Origin: Octopus sinensis
Lineage: Eukaryota
DNA: 64,000 bases
Reading direction: 5' to 3'
Assembly (NCBI RefSeq): GCF_006345805.1
Contig: NC_043005.1
Location: 88,846,001-88,910,000, forward strand
Of this stretch, positions 48,497 through 61,588 are shown piece by piece; the first letter of the stretch is position 1, and every line of letters starts with the position of its first letter. The notes under the pieces are model-generated. The model saw nothing but the letters and a program-made list of their open reading frames with translations. It was not told where the DNA came from and searched no databases. The translations under genes and the position numbers were made by a program.

Positions 48497-49565
48497 GAAA
48501 CCAACCAGTCACCTGTTCACTTATTAATGTGGTGGCCACACAAAGCAAGATTGACTATATTCTCACCAGAAAGCAGGAAAGCTGGTTGCTTATAAACACA
48601 AAACCCTTCCCAGGTGAAGAGTGCAAACCTCGACATGTGTTAGTTAATAGTGAATTCAGAGTTCAGGCTAGAAAGACACCAAGAAGCAAACCAGTTTGGA
48701 AAAGAAAGATTTGGAAGCTTAAGGATCCTCTGAATAGTCAGAGATTTAGAGAGATTCTAAATGAAGCATTTGGCAAGGAGGGAGAGGAGGAGAAGATAGT
48801 AATATATGAATAACATAGAGGACAACTGGAGGTTCCTATGAGACAACACAATGGTGGCCACTGACCAAATTTGTGGATAGTGCAAAGTCCTCTCCACACC
48901 TATGGTGACATGGTGGTGTCCTTAAAGATGACACACCCAATGGTTGGAGTAGCAACATTATAGTCAACCCTACAAATGTAAAGGTGATACTTTAGACTGA
49001 GATAATTACAAAAGTATCAAATTGCTGGAACAGGTGATGAAAGTTACAGAGAAGGTCAAAAATTAAAAAGGGAGAGTCTTGATGGAATGCAGTTTGGTTT
49101 TGTGCCAGGAAGATGCACAACTGATGCTATCTTCTTGGTGAAGCTGCTTCAGGAGAAGTACTTTGCTTTTATTGAAATGGAGAAAGCCTTTGAGGGGCTC
49201 CCCTGCTCCCTTATCTGGTGGGCAATGCAGAAGGCTAGAGATACATGAGTGGCTGGTGAGAGCTGTAGAAACCAGGTAGAGAGATGCTGATTGTAAGGTG
49301 AAGGCTGGCAACGAGTATAACAGTGAATTCAGTGTACAGGTAGGAGTGTACACAAAGGATCGATTCTCAGCCCCCTTTTTGTTCATCATAGACCTTCTGG
49401 CCATAACAGGAATTTCAGATGTGTTGCTCATGAAAGCTCCCCTATGCTGATAACTTTGAACTTATTGCTGAATCACTACAAGAACTAGAGAAGAAATTTC
49501 AGGTGTGGAAGCAAGGTTTGGAATCAAGGGGCCTTAGAGTTGAGTTAGCAAAGACTAAACCCCTA
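48497..49565 (+). mobile_element. Degenerate, internally deleted RTE LINE
   Basis: SKIDYILTRK, FPGEEC, MQFGFVPG, EKAF, VWKQGLES; collinear with 16690-18300. Confidence 0.88.
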
Positions 49566-50728
49566 GAAAACCTTAATAAGAAGCAAGGTGTGATGTTTTG
49601 ACTTATGAAAATTTCAATTCAACTGCTGTTTTGTCTTATTTTTTACTTTTTTGTTTTGTTGTTTTGATTTTTTATACCTTGTTGTCAGGAATGAAATGGT
49701 TGCCTTTGTACAGTCTGGTTGAACATTCTTATGCAGCCTTTACCTTTTAAAGGGGCCCTGTACAGCTTTTTTACCTTTTTAAGGCAGCCCTGTGCAGCCC
49801 TTATCATTTAAAAAATCTCAGTATTGCCTTTTTATCTGTTAAGGTCACACCATACTTCCCTTATCCTTCTCCAAAGAAAGATCTTCCTTATTCCCTTGCC
49901 ATCTTTAGGGCTACTCTCTATAAATAAACAGTCAACAGCCACAGCATCACTGGGTTGTAGAGGACCAACAGAGGAAACTTGCTCTTCTTGTGTTGTATAT
50001 GTAGAACAAATCTGCTGAACGGAGGCCAACCTTTGCCAAGCTAGAACAACACCTGGAATTGAACTTGGCACTACAAGTTAATGAAACACTTGTCCATTTC
50101 ACAGTGCTGCCACTCCTTACTGCCAGTATGTTGTTCTTCTACTTTCATTTTTACAATTATTACCCCATGTTCTCAGGCTTGCATGTATAAACAGGATTTC
50201 ATTCATCCAGGGAATACTATTTTATTTGGTTTGAATCTTTTTCAAATGCATATACATACCCAGGTGAGTGTATGTATATATATATATACACACACACAAA
50301 GGAGTTTATGCACTTATAGCTTTTCTTCATTATGTATATACTTGTGCAACATTTCCTTCCACCAATTCTCTCTCTCTCACTCTCTCCCTTCTGGTAGGGT
50401 CTCCATTCATTTTCAAATCTCCATGCTATCTTAAATGATATTAAGTTATAAAGGTCTCTGTTATTATATTTATTATTACTTTTATTATTAGTATTGTTAT
50501 GCATTTATTTTCTTTTAAATTTATTTTCATATTTATTTTTAATTCTTATATTCCAATGTGCAATTAAAGTGTAAAGTTCTGTGGAAAATAGAATCAAAAG
50601 ACAAAACAAAAAGATTTGGAGGAAATGAATAAAAAGAGAGGAAACCATTCTTTGGGGATTTTCCGAATGGTTTGAGAAACTTTCTATCATTAAAACATTA
50701 GGGTTTTTCATTATTCATGTATTTACAT

Positions 50729-50824
<96 letters not shown>

Positions 50825-50860
50825 AATGGAGTTTAACGCAGGTATAATTCAAATAGTTTT

Positions 50861-50948
50861 ACTTCCGACACATGTTTCGAAGATTTCACTGATATTATTC
50901 AATAGAATAAAATGGTGTAAAGCAATGTAATCTTCTCTTTAGGGAAGT
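50861..50948 (-). ncRNA. Type I hammerhead motif with one core substitution
   Basis: acttcc-CTAAAGA-gaagatt[43 nt]aatcttc-GAAA-c atgt GTC-ggaagt; about 40 nt from a long (TA)n. Confidence 0.75.
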
Positions 50949-51218
50949 GAATAAATGAAACTCGTCAATAAGACATTTTAACTGAAAATGATGGATGTGT
51001 ATAGTGATTTACTGAACGCTATTAATATTGTTTGAAAATGTTATATGATATAACATCAGAAGTAACTTATAGAAAGAGGAGGGATATTTTTAGTGAATGT
51101 TAAATATAAAAGAAAATTAATGTTTAGATTATATATAATGATAGAGATTACTTATATGAACTAAAGGTGTTTTTGTCAATGTTTACATCTGTATACACGC
51201 TCTATAACCGTGCATACC

Positions 51219-51271
<53 letters not shown>

Positions 51272-53363
51272 TATCTATATACACTACCTTATAAGGGAAC
51301 CATTTTGATTAAATCCATTTGCACCAAAAAAACAAACAGATAAATAAAATTGCATGATTCTAACTAATTTGTTTTTTTTATTGTATTTTTTGTTTGGTTG
51401 TTTTATTTTGATTGTTTGCAAAAAATCTCATTTTGTTTTTGCTTGACCCTAGATGCAGGGTGTGTGTTTTCTGTGATTCTACTAATCCAAGGGTGGTTGA
51501 TAAATGGTGGTGTTAGAGGGTTGGACAAAGGGTGTTGCAGTGTCTGTGTTGGGTTTTGACATTCTGTGACGAAAGGGATGCCAAGTTGTATCAGGACAAC
51601 ACTGGTGCCATAGAGAGAGAGAGAGAGAGAGAGAAAGGGAGAGGAGACTAGAATACAGAGCTGACTGCTAGTGTTACACCCTGCCCCATCCTGTACATTC
51701 AGGTACATATGCACTGACCACTAAGCCATGCACCTTCGACAGGTAAATTAGAATAGCAGACATGAGACAGAGACTCCATTGTAGTCATTAGTAAAGTGAA
51801 GGTAACTGTTAATGTTGTGGGTCAACAGAATGAGAAGGTGAGGAGTCATTTTAAAGTATCAGTGGCAAGAAGTGCCACAAGGTGAACAGGTTGGTGGAAC
51901 CCAGTTAAAAATTACAGGGAGTCTATTGTAGGAGTGAGAAATGGGGGAGAGAGAAAAACAAATGAATAATGAACATTTGACAACCCCCACCCCAAATTGC
52001 TGGCCAAAATTTGAAATCCTTATTAGTAAAAGTTCCAGGTAACGAGATGCAAGAATTAGACAAAATGTTTAACTGCATCTCTTCTGGCTCTTGATGTTCT
52101 GAGTTCAAATATTGCCGAGGGCAAGTTTGGCTTTCATGCTTTTGAGGCTGATAAAATGCTGTACCAATCAAATACTGGGGTCGATGTAACTGACTAATCT
52201 CGTCCCCCCTTCCCCCTAAAATTGCTATCCATATGATTCTTAGGGGTGCCTGAAAGATTTGCCATTCAAATCTCTGTGTAATAAAATATCTCATACTTTC
52301 ATTATAAAAATATAATAAGATTTTTTAAGCATCAAATGGCTCGGAGGTTCCTTCAGAGGAAAACAAGAAATCAAAAAAGTCCAAAGGTAGAGAAAAGTTG
52401 AGGAACTCTGGTTTAAGCTTATGTGCAACACACAAATCACCAAAATTGCTAGTCTTCCAACTTTATTGGACAAAACTACAATACAAATAAGTGGGGGGAA
52501 ACGGTGAGAATTAAGCAGCGGAAAATGGGGAGGAGAAGGAAGCAAAGGGTGGTACACCCCAGACCAAATGGCACGTTCAACGGTGCTCTGTGGACTTGAT
52601 TGCAAAGGCATTGCTGTGGAGAATGGCCAGCAACACTTGCTTCAGCAGCCAATCCACCTAGCAGGGCTCATTTGTCAGGTGGACCACAATTATTCTGATT
52701 TTGTGGGGTAAATCATCCGTGCAGGGTCTGAGAACACCTGAGGTCACTACTGCAACCAGTACAAACTGATAGTGGCCGGTCAGGCTCCTGTATTTATCTA
52801 TTTTCCCTTTCCTCTGGGTTATGGATATTTATTCCTTGTGAGATGGCGAATGATAACATAATTTGATGGGGGATGTTGTTTTGTAGTGTCCGAATGGAAA
52901 GGCGGGCTTACTTAAAGATAATTCACACACAAATGAAAAGATGCTGAAGACTATTGTGAAATAGGAGAACAGATGTTTTATTCCATTAAAAATATTAAAT
53001 TGACCACACCAGATCAAATCAAGACAAGAGATTGGAAACAACAACAACAACAGTAATTACAAGAAATTCCATGGCATCATAATGTTTGGCGTTGTTTATA
53101 TTTACGAAGAAATGGTCGTGAGAAGAATTTCTGAAACATCTCAAATAACAAAAAATGCAAGCAAAGAATGATGTGTGTGTCTATTTATAATGTGTGTGTG
53201 TGTATGAGTGCGTGAGAGAGGGAGAGGGAGAGAAAGAGCGACAGAGAGGGGGAGAAAGAGAGGTGAGAGGGAGAGAGAGAGGGGGAGAGGGAGAAACAGA
53301 TGGAGTAAGTAATGTATTTGTGAGAGTTTGAAAAAAATCATCTCGTGTAGATTCATCAGACGT

Positions 53364-53607
53364 GGAGGCGCGTTGCTTAGTGGTTAGGGTGTCAGCATCA
53401 TGATCCTAGGATTGTCATTTCGATTCCTGGACTGGGTGACGAGTTGTGTTCTTGAGCAAAATACTTCATTTCATGTTGCTCCAGTCCACTCAGCTGGCAA
53501 AAATGAGTAACACTGCGATTGTCTGGCGTCCCGTCCAGCTGGGGAACACATACGCCATTGAAACCGGGAAACCGGGCCCATAAGCCTGGCTAGGCTTTAA
53601 AAGGGCG
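53364..53607 (+). mobile_element. tRNA-derived SINE (head 2 + tail B)
   Basis: gcttagtggttagg A-box, ttcgattcc B-box, tail ctggcgtcccgtccagctgggg...aaaagggcg. Confidence 0.85.
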
Positions 53608-53611
53608 TAGT

Positions 53612-53920
53612 GGAGGTGCAATTGCCCAGTGGTTAGGGCAGCGGACTCGTGGTTGGAAGATCGCGGTTTCGATTCCCAAACCAAGCGTTGTGTATGTTTA
53701 TTGAGCGAAAACGCCTTAAGCACCACAAGGCTCCGGCAGGGGGTGGTGGCAACTCCTGTTGTACTCTTTTGTCCCAACTTTCTCTCACTCTTCCTGTTTC
53801 TTGAGTAATGCTGTGATGGACTGTCATCCCGTCCAGCTGGGGGGAACACATACGCCATAGAAACCGGGAAACCGGGCCTATGATCCTGTCTAGGCTTGAA
53901 AAGGGCGCATAAATAAATAA
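53612..53920 (+). mobile_element. tRNA-derived SINE (head 1 + tail B)
   Basis: Head and body as 8092; tail as 53364. Confidence 0.88.
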
Positions 53921-54947
53921 AAAGTTCCAGTTGTGATTGGCTGAACATAACAAACAAAAGACAGTCATGTGATGTTTCATCCGAGCTGCCTGCTAGGCTT
54001 GCAGAAACACAGTAGTATAACCATTGGAATTCAATATTTTTTATTGTGAGACAAGTGGCCGGTTGGAAGATTGTGCACAGATACTGACAAGAGGGACATC
54101 ACATTATCTGGTAAAATAGGGGTCATTGATTGAATGAAATCCAAGCTTAAGGGGATTTGTCAAACAAATACATGTAAACATACACAAGATATTATGTAGT
54201 AGTTTGAGGGAGATTCAGCTACTATTTCTAACTGATCTTCCAGACATGCAGAGGTAGTAATATAATGTTGTTATAATAAATTTGAGGTAGTGATATCATG
54301 CTGCTATGAGGAAAGAAGCCATTCTGCTGTGGAGTGTCATCTCAGATGACAAGTCTTGAGGAGTGGCCATCAAATAGGACATGTGGAGTGGTGTGTGTAT
54401 ATCAGTTAAGCCAAGAACTTGCATGAAGTGGGGCAGCCAATTGCACATAGCATCCACATCTAGTGAGAAAATATTAGCACTGGCAGAAGGGTGAGTGATG
54501 TGGATCTGAGATGTTCAGGTTTCAAGTCATTATTGAAATAACCCTCTTTCAATTGATGCTGATGGATTCTGTTCATCTATTTACACGAAGAATAAAATTC
54601 TTAGGAGTCTGAAGGGACAAATGTTGAGTGAGAAGGTGCTTGAATTGGACCCTTAATTCAACCCTTACCGGCAAACACAGGTGGCCGGTCACTGGCAAAT
54701 TTTGGGTGGCACATTTATGGGAATCATCTTGACACTGTTTGGATGGTCATCAGGATTTGACATGGTTCAACATAAGGGGTGAAATGTTGCAGTGTAGACA
54801 TGCTTTTCTCTTTCCACTGTCCAGTCTACCCTCTATGTTCTTGTGGTAGCCATTGTGAAATGGGAAAGGTGGACTTGGTCAGAGCTTGACAGTTGCTCTT
54901 CCTCTATACTGTATCACTTGTTGTGTGCATCAAAACGTGGTTCTTGC

Positions 54948-55013
<66 letters not shown>

Positions 55014-55315
55014 TGTGTGTTGTTGTGGTTCTATTGTTCTTGTATTGTAATTGTATTGTAGTGGGTGTTTAGCCTCAAATCAATGCTCATAGACATTTAT
55101 TGTTGTTGATGGTGGTGTTTGTGTTGATAACCAATCCTAACTTCCCAGACAAATGTCAGAGAAGTTACCCTTGAAAGATCTACAGGTTTTCTTCACGTAC
55201 TTAACCCTTATGAAATTATTCTATTTATATTATTATCATTATTATCATTGCTATTTTTGTTGTTGTTTTTTCCGTAGTAGTAGTAATAGTTGTTGTTATT
55301 AAAATTATTATTGTG

Positions 55316-55372
<57 letters not shown>

Positions 55373-55374
<2 letters not shown>

Positions 55375-56390
55375 CTTCTTTGAATTTCGCTTCCAATTCT
55401 TGCTGAGTGTCTTCCCAACACCTAGAGCAAAGAAACTCATTGTATTCATTGGCAGGTCATCAAAATAAACACATCAGATTGTTCATTTACAAAGTCATGA
55501 GATAGAAAAAAGGGAAGAAAGACAGGGGAAAGAAAGAGATTAAAGAAAACAAATGAAAAAGAGGAAACAAAAACAATGAAAGGGGAAAAGAAAAGGAAAG
55601 AGCAACAATGTTCTTCTCAATACTTGTGACCAATTACCAGTTAAGACAACCTTTTGCACTTCCTGCAAGGGTAGTAAGCCAGGGATTATCCGCAAATCAC
55701 TTTCAGTTCCCTTTTTAATTATTCTAAGTTCTCCTACAATTACTGGTATTGTAACTGTCTTGATTTCAATCAGCAAATCTTTATATTTTCTGAGCTTATC
55801 AAGCTTTTTTGCCGAGATATTATGATCACAAGGTATGCTCATGTCAATCAGTGAACAGGTCTTATTGTTTTGGTCTTTCACAACAATATCTGGTTAATTA
55901 GCTTTGATGGTCTGGTCTGTACATACTGGAAAGTCCCAAAGGACCGTTACGTTTTCTCCCTCAGTTCCAGCCTCATGATGGTGCTTATACCATTTGTCAG
56001 CAGCTTTGATTTGATAATGCTGACATGTTAACTAGTGTGGATATTGACCAACTCTGTCATGTTTAGATTTATACTCTACTGGTGCTAAAACCTTACACCC
56101 AGAGATAAAGTGGTCCACTGTTTCAATCCCATCGTTGCAGTATCGGCACTTTGGGTCTGCACCATTTTTCAATACATTGGTTTGATAGTTCCAGATCAAT
56201 AAGCTCTGATCTTGAGCAGCCAAACTAAAGCCTTCGCTCTCTGCCTTTAGCTCTGTGCTCCATGGCCACTGAAGGGTGTGCTTCTGGTCTACATCAGCCT
56301 GTTTGCTAAGGGCCACATATTTGCCATGCAGGGGGTTTTGTTCCTAACTATCAACCAATTGTTCAAACGCTTTTTGCTTTGCCATTGATT
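55373..56390 (-). mobile_element. R4/Dong-type LINE 3' fragment
   Basis: LKAESEG..AAQDQ, CRYC...ETVDH...GC knuckle, HDRV, PDIVV, LIDMSIP, KYKDL; 3' end runs into (TAA)n. Confidence 0.9.
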
Positions 56391-56857
56391 TCATCATCAC
56401 CATCATCACCATCATCACCATCATCATCATAAGGGCAGCAAGCTGGGTGATTTGTTAGCACACTTTCAATTTCTACTTCCTCTTCTTTCTTTTAACAGTT
56501 ACAACAGCGAAAGCTGATTCAGTCATTTTCTCTAAACTAGAATGTATACTTTCCACGTTCATATTTGAATCTTCTGCGTTTCAATTATTTTTCTCTGATT
56601 TTACACAATCTCGAATTTGATGGACATATAGCGCTATAGAAGCTGACTCAAGAAATCTCTAGTGAGACTTTTTATTGATGTACCTGAAGAGAACCAAAAT
56701 GAGTCATGTGTTGTACGCAATAAAATCTTTTACACATCCATTTCCTATTTTATTAATGCAGTTATGCCGTCTATTGGCACGCTACAGAACAAGTCCGGAA
56801 CTTTCTGATACTACCGATATAAAATATATAAAGCTATATATATATATACATAATTAT

Positions 56858-57516
56858 AGTTATAGATATATACAATTACGAAGTCGAGACAAATATCACC
56901 AGCTGGCCGATGAAGGACAACGATCCTGAAATACGTGTCCCTAGATGCAGCTTCGGCAGCCGGGGGTGTTTGTCTCCCCTTCGTATATGTATATAAGGAC
57001 AGGTAAAAATGTTTCGAAGCCATCAGGAGGCGGTCGATGCTTCCTAGGGCTATACAGCGGTGGTGTACCCCCTACTGTCACGTTCTTGTTAGATTGACAG
57101 TATACAACCATTCTATCGCCCCACCACCGTACATGTCTCTACGAGAGATTTAGAAATTCAATATTTCTTATTTTGATAATCAGTGAGTTATAGATATATA
57201 CAATTACGAAGTCGAGACAAATATCACCAGCTGACCGGTGTCTGCTACTCTAGGCCGATAAAGGACAACGATCCTGAAACACGTGTTCCTAGATGCAGCT
57301 TCGGCAGCCGGGGGTGTTTGTCTCCCCTTCGTATATGTATATAAGGACACAGGGAAAAATGTGTCAAAGCCATCAGGAGGCGTTCGATGCTTCCTAGGGC
57401 TATACAGCGGTGGTGTACCCCCTACTGTCACGTTCTTGTTAGATTGACAGTATACAACCATTCTATCGCCCCACCACCGTACATGTCTCTACGAGAGATT
57501 TAGATATTCAATATTT

Positions 57517-57520
<4 letters not shown>
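56858..57520 (+). repeat. Tandem duplication (56858-57170, 57186-57520), each unit with a hammerhead-like motif
   Basis: Consensus of both copies tctagg-CCGATGA-agga caacga tcct-GAAA-c acgt GTC-cctaga (56905-56945, 57249-57293); flanked by (TA)n. Confidence 0.85.
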
Positions 57521-57600
<80 letters not shown>

Positions 57601-57616
57601 TATATACATATATATA

Positions 57617-57775
57617 ATGGTAGTATCAGAAAGTTCCCGGATTTGTTCTGTAGCATGCCAACAGATGGCAGCACATGGCTGTATGTGCAGTGAGAGCTAA
57701 TAGTAACTTCACTTCCCGAGCGTTAAACTAATACATCTGTATTATACTGCCTGTCTTCGTCTTGTGTTTTGTTGT
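57617..57775 (+). mobile_element. Mariner-family terminal fragment (inverted copy at 56758-56817; related to 33110)
   Basis: ggtagtatcagaaagttcccggatttgttctgtagcatgccaacagatggcagcaca. Confidence 0.7.
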
Positions 57776-57782
57776 GAATTCT

Positions 57783-57834
<52 letters not shown>

Positions 57835-58068
57835 GTGTATATATGTATATATATAAATACACACACGCACACTCACACACATATAAGCATATGCCTTTAC
57901 AATCCTATCGTGCATTATCATTTCTTGCGTTCACTTTTATGATCTATCTATCTATCTATCTGTCTGTCTGTCGGCGTGTCTGTTTGTCTGTCTGTCTAAC
58001 TGTGTGTGCTCATATTCATACATACATACATACATACATACATACATACATACATACATACATACATA

Positions 58069-58099
<31 letters not shown>

Positions 58100-58137
58100 C
58101 ATGCACACACACATATGTATATACATACATACGTACA

Positions 58138-58216
58138 TTAAAATTTTATATCCTCAGCAGATTGTCTCGGTTTCATTGGGTGAGTTTCTTCCTTTAGAAT
58201 CGCATCCTTTTTAGTA
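58138..58216 (-). CDS. Probable terminal coding exon of SLC22 gene A
   Basis: Long polypyrimidine tract plus ccag| acceptor; phase fits the previous exon; reads (A)TKKDAILKEETHPMKPRQSAEDIKF*. Confidence 0.7.
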
Positions 58217-58621
58217 CTGGAAGGGAAGAAAGAAAGAAAGAAAAAGAAGAAAGAGCCAATCAGACATTTAATGTTTAATATTTGAAATATGATGATAATA
58301 GTGATGATGATGATTAGGAGGACAATATTGTTATTGCTGATGATGCAGATGATGATGATAGTGATGATGATGATGACTATGATTATGATGACGATGATGA
58401 TGGTGATGATTAAGATTATTATTAAATCAATGATGTTATTTTTGTGAAAACCTTCCCTTCCACTGCTGTTGCTCCTGGGAGTTAGCTAGTCTCAGCTCAT
58501 ATCCATTCAGGTATCACTGACTCACTCGTTTTCCCCTCCTCTTTTCACTCATGAAGTGTCCACCCTTCATTGCCCTGCATTAAACCCCAGTGGCATTGCA
58601 AGGGCAGCCAACAAAAGGAGC

Positions 58622-59002
58622 AAAGCAGCAACCACATTTTAAGTGGGGAAAATGCGCTACTTTTGTTTTTTTTATCTGTTATTTCTTAATTGCTTCAAGC
58701 ATGAGACTGTGGCCATACTGGAGCACTGTCTTGAAGAATTTTTTGCAGTCTGCTACATATTCTGACGGTGCCCATTTGCTGAACCACTAAGCTCTGGGAC
58801 TATATATACTATATTGGTGTGTATATAGTCCCAGAGCTTAGTGGTTCAGCAAAAGGGCACCGTCAGAATATGTAGCAGACTGTAAAAAATTCTTCAAGAC
58901 AGTGCTCCAGTATGGCCACAGTCTCATGCTTGAAGCAATTAAGAAATAACAGATAAAAAAAACAAAAGTAGCGCATTTTCCCCACTTAAAATGTGGTTGC
59001 TG

Positions 59003-59006
<4 letters not shown>
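58622..59006. repeat. 385-bp palindrome (185-bp arms, 2 mismatches seen, 15-nt spacer)
   Basis: 58622-58806 is the reverse complement of 58822-59006; also shown by the mirror ORFs 58590(+) and 59044(-). Confidence 0.97.
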
Positions 59007-59045
<39 letters not shown>

Positions 59046-59860
59046 CGCGTATATATGTGTGTGTGTGTGTGGTTTGTAGATCCGATAGAGGTAGAATCAA
59101 CAAAAATGTACTATATCTATATCTATCTATATTTACATACATACAACAGGCTTCATACAGTTTCTGTTTACCAAATCAACTCATAAGGCTTTCGTTGGCC
59201 CGAGGCTATAATAGAGAACACTTTCTCAAGGTGTCATACAGTGGAACAGAACCTGCAACCACGTGGTTGGGAAGCAAACATCCTATCAGACAACCACTTT
59301 AATTTTTCTTTTGGAATCTTGTGCCTCTAAGAATTTTGAGTTCATAGTAACTGTTCTTTGGTCTTGCCCATGCTACAGCAAAGCTAACCACAACAGTTAA
59401 TCTTTCCTCTCCAGGACATTGTTCTTCTGGCACTTTCTCCCAGTGGCCATTCACTTACAACACAACAAGAGACATTCTAACGGCATCAGAGTAACCAAAG
59501 TTGAAGAGTTCCACAATGGCTATGGGCTCAGACCCTTACCCAAACAAAAAACTGCCACCAAGTAACCCAGATTATTTCTGACTGAGGAAACCTAGGGCCA
59601 AAAGCATTCCAGCCTTAAACAATCTGCTTGGTTTTTTTTACCATTGTGCCTCAATATTCAACGTGTCCTTCTTTTTCTTTAAGGTGACAGGGTGTAATTT
59701 CTAGCAAGTTGAATGATCAATTAAAGGCTGGCTTCTTGGTTCATAATGATGATGATGATGATGATGATAATTACTATGTTGTTGATAGTGATGGTTATGA
59801 TGATGATAATGCTAACAATGATGATGATGATGATGTTTAAATCATATAAGAGACACCTAC

Positions 59861-60024
59861 GCTAACTCCAGTTCTCCAGATTTGGTCAAATCATTGAAGT
59901 TATCCATCATTTTCCGGTTGTTTGTTTCGGGTAACAACAATGACAATAGCCCCGCGATTATGGAAAGTGCTCCCATAAGAACCATCGGCATTATTCGACC
60001 AAGCTTGCCAGAAACCAAATCTGA
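59861..60024 (-). CDS. Penultimate exon (last TM helix, LPET motif) of a second SLC22-family gene (gene A)
   Basis: Acceptor tttttttcag| and donor gc|gtaggt; reads SDLVSGKLGRIMPMVLMGALSIIAGLLSLLLPETNNRKMMDNFNDLTKSGELEL. Confidence 0.9.
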
Positions 60025-60166
60025 CTGAAAAAAATATACAGAAAAAGGGACAGCAATTTAAAAACATGTTTTGTTTATTTTGTTGTTGTTTGGCCCCAGA
60101 TCATTACTGAACAAGCACACTTATGGTCAAAGTTGTTCCCACCATGACCACCGTGTTTTAATTTCA

Positions 60167-60232
<66 letters not shown>

Positions 60233-60904
60233 CACGACGTCAAAAACCTTTGAACTTTACGTAAAACTGTTATTATTATCATCACTTTATTTTTACACTT
60301 CTAAACTTTTTCTGTATTTTCTGGGCTTTCCTTTTGTTGTCTCCTCCTTCTCTGGATGTCCTTACTCTGTTTTCTCTAGTCTGCACCCGTTATTTGTCTC
60401 CCTCTCCCTCCGTTCTTTTCTCTTTTCATCTTCTCTTCTCCCTTTCTCCCCACTTTCTCTCTATTTGTTCCATCTTCATCGTTTGTATTTTTATTTTATC
60501 TTCTTCTCCCACCTTGCATATATACTCTTCTCCTCACGCCTTTTTCTTCTTATTATTTATTTATTTATTTTATTATTTTATCATTTATTTATTTACTTAT
60601 TTTTAAAAATTCAATTTAATTTTTTTATTTTATTTAATTTTAATTTTTATTATTTTCATCTAACGCTTGTGCTTTTTTCTCCCCACACCCTTCGAATGTT
60701 TCCTTCCCACGTTTAATTTCCTTCCCGCCTTTTTTCTCCTCCTTGTTATTCCACCATGCCGGACTACAAGTCCTACCTCCCCACTCTTCACCACAGGCTA
60801 AAACATTACCTCCGCTTACTTCCTTCCCACTGCTTTCAGCCGTCCATTAACCCTTCTTTACTCATTTTCAAAAAAATCTTAAAAGGTGTGTGACCTTTCT
60901 GTCC

Positions 60905-61109
60905 GATGTCAGTCGCCATGATAAATCGTTAGCCACTACACACATTTTTTCTTTCCTTGTTTCTCTCTTTGTTTTTTTCTGTGTCCCTTTCTGTAGAAGA
61001 GAGTAGGCTCGAAACCTAAAAGACTTTTTCTATTCCTGAGCGTTATATATAATACATCTGTTTGTTTTGTACACCACCTGACTTCGTCTTTTGCTTTTTT
61101 TTGTAAACT

Positions 61110-61112
<3 letters not shown>
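60905..61112 (+). mobile_element. Probable PLE terminal-repeat fragment with a degenerate hammerhead-like motif
   Basis: gtAGAAGA-gag tagg ctc-GAAA-cctaaaaga, ending in (TA)n. Confidence 0.4.
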
Positions 61113-61149
<37 letters not shown>

Positions 61150-61151
<2 letters not shown>

Positions 61152-61461
61152 CACCGTGATCACCGTGACCGACCAGGCTATCAGATGTTGTTACACATCG
61201 CTGGTCACAATGCGCTTCGCATTGTTTTAGCCTTCAAATGACGCCACCCCGCTGGGTAAGCGAGCAGGCCAACAGAAGAAAGAGTGAGAGAAAGTTGCGG
61301 CGAAAGAGTACAGCAGGGATCACCACTACCACCCTGTCAGAGCGTCGTGGAGCTTTAGGTGTTTTCGCTCAATAAACAGTCACAACGCCCGGTCTGGGAA
61401 TCGAAACCGCGATCCTACGACCGTGAGTCCGCTGCCCTAACCACTGGGCCATTGCGCCTCC
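61150..61461 (-). mobile_element. tRNA-derived SINE (head 1 + tail C)
   Basis: ggaggcgcaatggcccagtggttagggc...ggtttcgattccc; tail differs from both 8092 and 53612. Confidence 0.88.
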
Positions 61462-61554
61462 ACACACATATATATATATATATGCATACATACATAGATA
61501 CATATATATATGTATATATATATATATATATATATGCATACATACATACATATA

Positions 61555-61588
<34 letters not shown>

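Noticed and set aside
53020-53130. Alternative terminal exon for gene A
   Set aside because: Phase-compatible, but it has a weaker acceptor, runs into a microsatellite and lies beyond the better 58138-58216 exon
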